Below, piece by piece: positions 61,588-64,000 of a stretch of DNA of 64,000 bases. Made by a program: the position numbers and the translations under genes. Location of the stretch: contig JAXGOR010000001.1 of assembly GCA_040767365.1 (NCBI GenBank), positions 158,298 through 222,297 on the forward strand. The letters run 5' to 3'. The notes under the pieces were generated by a model. The model was not told the DNA's origin. It did no database searches and saw nothing but the letters and a program-made list of their open reading frames with translations. Numbering within the stretch: the stretch's first letter is position 1; each line of letters opens with the position of its first letter. This DNA is from Clostridia bacterium. GTDB taxonomy: Bacteria > Bacillota > Clostridia > Saccharofermentanales > DTU023.

Positions 61588-63495
61588 CTATGAAGTCGCG
61601 AGGCGCCGTATCCTGGCTTCCAGGCCCTCCCTGTCCAGAGCCTCTTCCATCTTAAGCTCCGCGCGTGTGGCCTGGCCTGCGGTCGGTCGCTGGACTCCTG
61701 CATAATCTATCAACAAACCCGGCAATCGGCGGGAGGCCTCTGCGGTCACGCTTACGCCGAAACCGCCAGCCTCAATGCCATCCTCGATTACAAGCAAGCG
61801 ACCTGTTATATGTATAGATTCTAACATAGTTTTATAATCAAACGGCAAGGCAGCTATACAGGAATAGAGATCAATCCCAAGATCCGGCTGGACTTCCGCC
61901 AGATGGTCAGCCGCCGCGGCCGCCTCGGCTATGGTCGTGCCCAGGGCGATGACGGTGATGTCCCCGCCCGACCTCAGCCGGCGGAGCCGGGTCAGGTCGG
62001 CCAGCTCAATTTGCCGGGGCGGGTCGGGATAGTCATAGTAGTCCACCCGGGCCGCCGGCTCCTGGGGATAACGGATCAGGAGGGGGCCTTCATGCCTGAC
62101 GGCATAGGCCAGCATGGCCCGCAGGTCACCGGCCGAGGCTGGCGCCAGGACGGTGAGATGGGGAAGTGAAAGGGCCAGGGCCAGATCGTAGACCCCCTGG
62201 TGGGTATCCCCGTCACCCCCAACCAGGCCGGCCCGGTCAACCGCGAAAACCACAGGCAGCTTCTGCAGGCAGACATCGTGGATGAGTTGATCCGCGGCCC
62301 GCTGGAGGAAGGTGCTGTAGATGGCGACAAAGGGGCGGAGTCCGCCCGCGGCCATACCGGCCGCCAGGGTGACGGCGTGCTGTTCAGCGATCCCCACATC
62401 AAAAAAGCGCTCAGGATAGGCCTGCTGGAAGGGGATCAAGCCCGTTCCCTGGGCCATGGCGGCCGTGATGGCTACCACCCGGCTGTCGGCTCCGGCCAGA
62501 TCAAGCAGGCTGCTGCCGAAGACCTTGGAATAGGTCCCCTCCTTGTCCGGGCTCCCGTTGGACCGGCCGTTGCTGGTATCAAAGGGGGAGACGCCGTGGT
62601 AGATCTCCGGCTCATCCTCGGCATAGGCGTAGCCCTTCCCCTTTACGGTCACGGCATGGAGGAGGACCGGGCCCCGGACCAGGCGGAGCGCCTTCAGATG
62701 CCTTTCCAGGTCAGCCAGCTTGTGGCCATCGACCGGGCCATAGTAGCGAAAGCCCAGCTGCTCGAAGATAACACCGGTTTCCCGCCTCCAGGACCGCCAG
62801 CGCCGCTTCATCCTGGCCAGTGAGTTGATGAGCGGTTCACCGATCAGGGGGATCCTGGCCAGGCGGCCCTCCCAGACCGTCTTCATCCTGATGTAGCGTT
62901 GGCTGGTCCTCAAATACTCGAGATGGCGGGCCATGCCACCGACAGCCTGGTCGATGCACATCTGGTTGTCATTCAGGATGACCAGGAGGTTCTCACCGCT
63001 TTGGCCCGCGTCGGACAGGGCCTCAAAGGCCATACCCGCCCCGATCGAACCGTCACCGATCAGGGCCAGGGTCCTGCTCTCATCACCCAGGATCCGCTTG
63101 GCCCGGGCCAGGCCCAGGGCGGCGGAAAGGGAGGTGCTGCTATGGCCCGTATTGAATACGTCATAGGCGCTTTCCTCCGTCTTGGGAAAACCTGACAGGC
63201 CGCCTTTCTGGCGCAGGTTTTCAAAGCCTTCCCGCCGGCCGGTCAGGATCTTCCAGGCATAGCACTGATGGCCGACATCGAATACGATCGAGTCACGCGG
63301 AAAATCACCGGTCGCCAGCAAGGCGATGCTGAGCTCAATGACCCCCAGATTGGGCGCCAGATGGCCGCCCGTCCGGGAGACTGTCTCGATGATGAAGGCC
63401 CGGAGCTCATCAGCCAGCCGCCTTTTCTCTTCATCAGAAAACAGGCGGACCCCGTCCGCCCCGCTTAAGGAATCAAGTAAAGGGTACTTGGTCAA
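61588..63495 (-). CDS. dxs: 1-deoxy-D-xylulose-5-phosphate synthase
   Basis: GGHLAPNLG, DVGHQ, GHSSTS, IGDG, LNDN, DVGIAEQHA, YSTFLQRA.DQ.IHD, DRAG. Confidence 0.97.
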   Translation of the reverse strand: MTKYPLLDSLSGADGVRLFSDEEKRRLADELRAFIIETVSRTGGHLAPNLGVIELSIALLATGDFPRDSIVFDVGHQCYAWKILTGRREGFENLRQKGGLSGFPKTEESAYDVFNTGHSSTSLSAALGLARAKRILGDESRTLALIGDGSIGAGMAFEALSDAGQSGENLLVILNDNQMCIDQAVGGMARHLEYLRTSQRYIRMKTVWEGRLARIPLIGEPLINSLARMKRRWRSWRRETGVIFEQLGFRYYGPVDGHKLADLERHLKALRLVRGPVLLHAVTVKGKGYAYAEDEPEIYHGVSPFDTSNGRSNGSPDKEGTYSKVFGSSLLDLAGADSRVVAITAAMAQGTGLIPFQQAYPERFFDVGIAEQHAVTLAAGMAAGGLRPFVAIYSTFLQRAADQLIHDVCLQKLPVVFAVDRAGLVGGDGDTHQGVYDLALALSLPHLTVLAPASAGDLRAMLAYAVRHEGPLLIRYPQEPAARVDYYDYPDPPRQIELADLTRLRRLRSGGDITVIALGTTIAEAAAAADHLAEVQPDLGIDLYSCIAALPFDYKTMLESIHITGRLLVIEDGIEAGGFGVSVTAEASRRLPGLLIDYAGVQRPTAGQATRAELKMEEALDREGLEARIRRLATS

Positions 63496-64000
63496 TTAAT
63501 GGCTCCTTCCGATCTGACGGCGGAGGAAACCGGCAAACTGCCCGGCCCCACTGCCCCTTCCCGACAGCTGGTGGAGCAGGGACTCCATCCGGGCCACCTG
63601 CTGGTCCAGGGCCTTGCCGGCCCCTTCAAGGCCGGCCACCGTCACAAAGGTTTTCTTGCCGGCCGACTCATCTTTTCCTGGCGTTTTGCCAAGTGTATCA
63701 CGGCTGGCCGTAAGATCCAGAATATCATCCTGGATCTGAAAGGCAAGACCCGCCGCCAGACCCAGGTCTGAAAACAGGTCCATAAGATCGGTCGGCGCGC
63801 CGGAAAGGCTGGCCCCCATGAGCAGGGCGGCCCGTAACAAGCGTGCCGTCTTGAGTTCGGCCATGGCGGCCACCTCCTCAAGACTTATGGATCCGGCTGC
63901 CTCCTCCAGGGCCAGGTCCGGGTCCTGGCCCAGGATCATGCCCTCCCCGCCGGCTGCCAGGGCCAGGACTCGCATGGCCTTCAGGGCGCCGGGATCCGGG
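63496..64000 (-). CDS. ispA: Polyprenyl (farnesyl/geranyl) diphosphate synthase, C-terminal part
   Basis: GMILGQ..D, KTA.L, GLAFQIQDDILD, GKTPGKD...K.TF; runs off the right edge. Confidence 0.9.
   Translation of the reverse strand, partial: PDPGALKAMRVLALAAGGEGMILGQDPDLALEEAAGSISLEEVAAMAELKTARLLRAALLMGASLSGAPTDLMDLFSDLGLAAGLAFQIQDDILDLTASRDTLGKTPGKDESAGKKTFVTVAGLEGAGKALDQQVARMESLLHQLSGRGSGAGQFAGFLRRQIGRSH

Overview
GC-rich (roughly 60-65% by eye) chromosomal window from an anaerobic Firmicute (Clostridia). The YbeY-Era fusion, the absence of spoIVB/spo0A after recN and the gene order point to a non-sporulating Saccharofermentanales/Mageeibacillus-like lineage (inference). It is mostly housekeeping DNA on the minus strand: comM (partial), ychF, coaE, polA, capD-like, hup, ligA, fba, valS, TIGR03960/TIGR03936 radical-SAM pair, pgi, Clp ATPase, uvrA, feoAB, murD, tRNA-Glu and tRNA-Leu, then dinG-like helicase, recO, ybeY-era, pgpH-like, phoH, two DUF881 genes, rluD-like, lspA, rny, hutH, recN, argR, nadK, dxs and ispA (partial). 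An accessory block (about 32.2-41.7 kb) holds two lipoproteins, an ECF transporter with a SAM hydrolase, and a ROK-regulated sugar operon that has lost its middle. Six genes, including essential valS and era, carry single-base frameshifts that look like long-read consensus errors. I found no mobile element, CRISPR array or defence system. The best leads are a catalytically dead sialate-O-acetylesterase homologue in front of valS, a structured possibly pseudoknotted leader on the ECF/SAM-hydrolase operon, a receiver-less Spo0A DNA-binding protein, the YbeY-Era fusion, a Cys/Arg-rich FeoA tail, and a structured rny leader with an apparent ATC start. None is proven novel without database searches.
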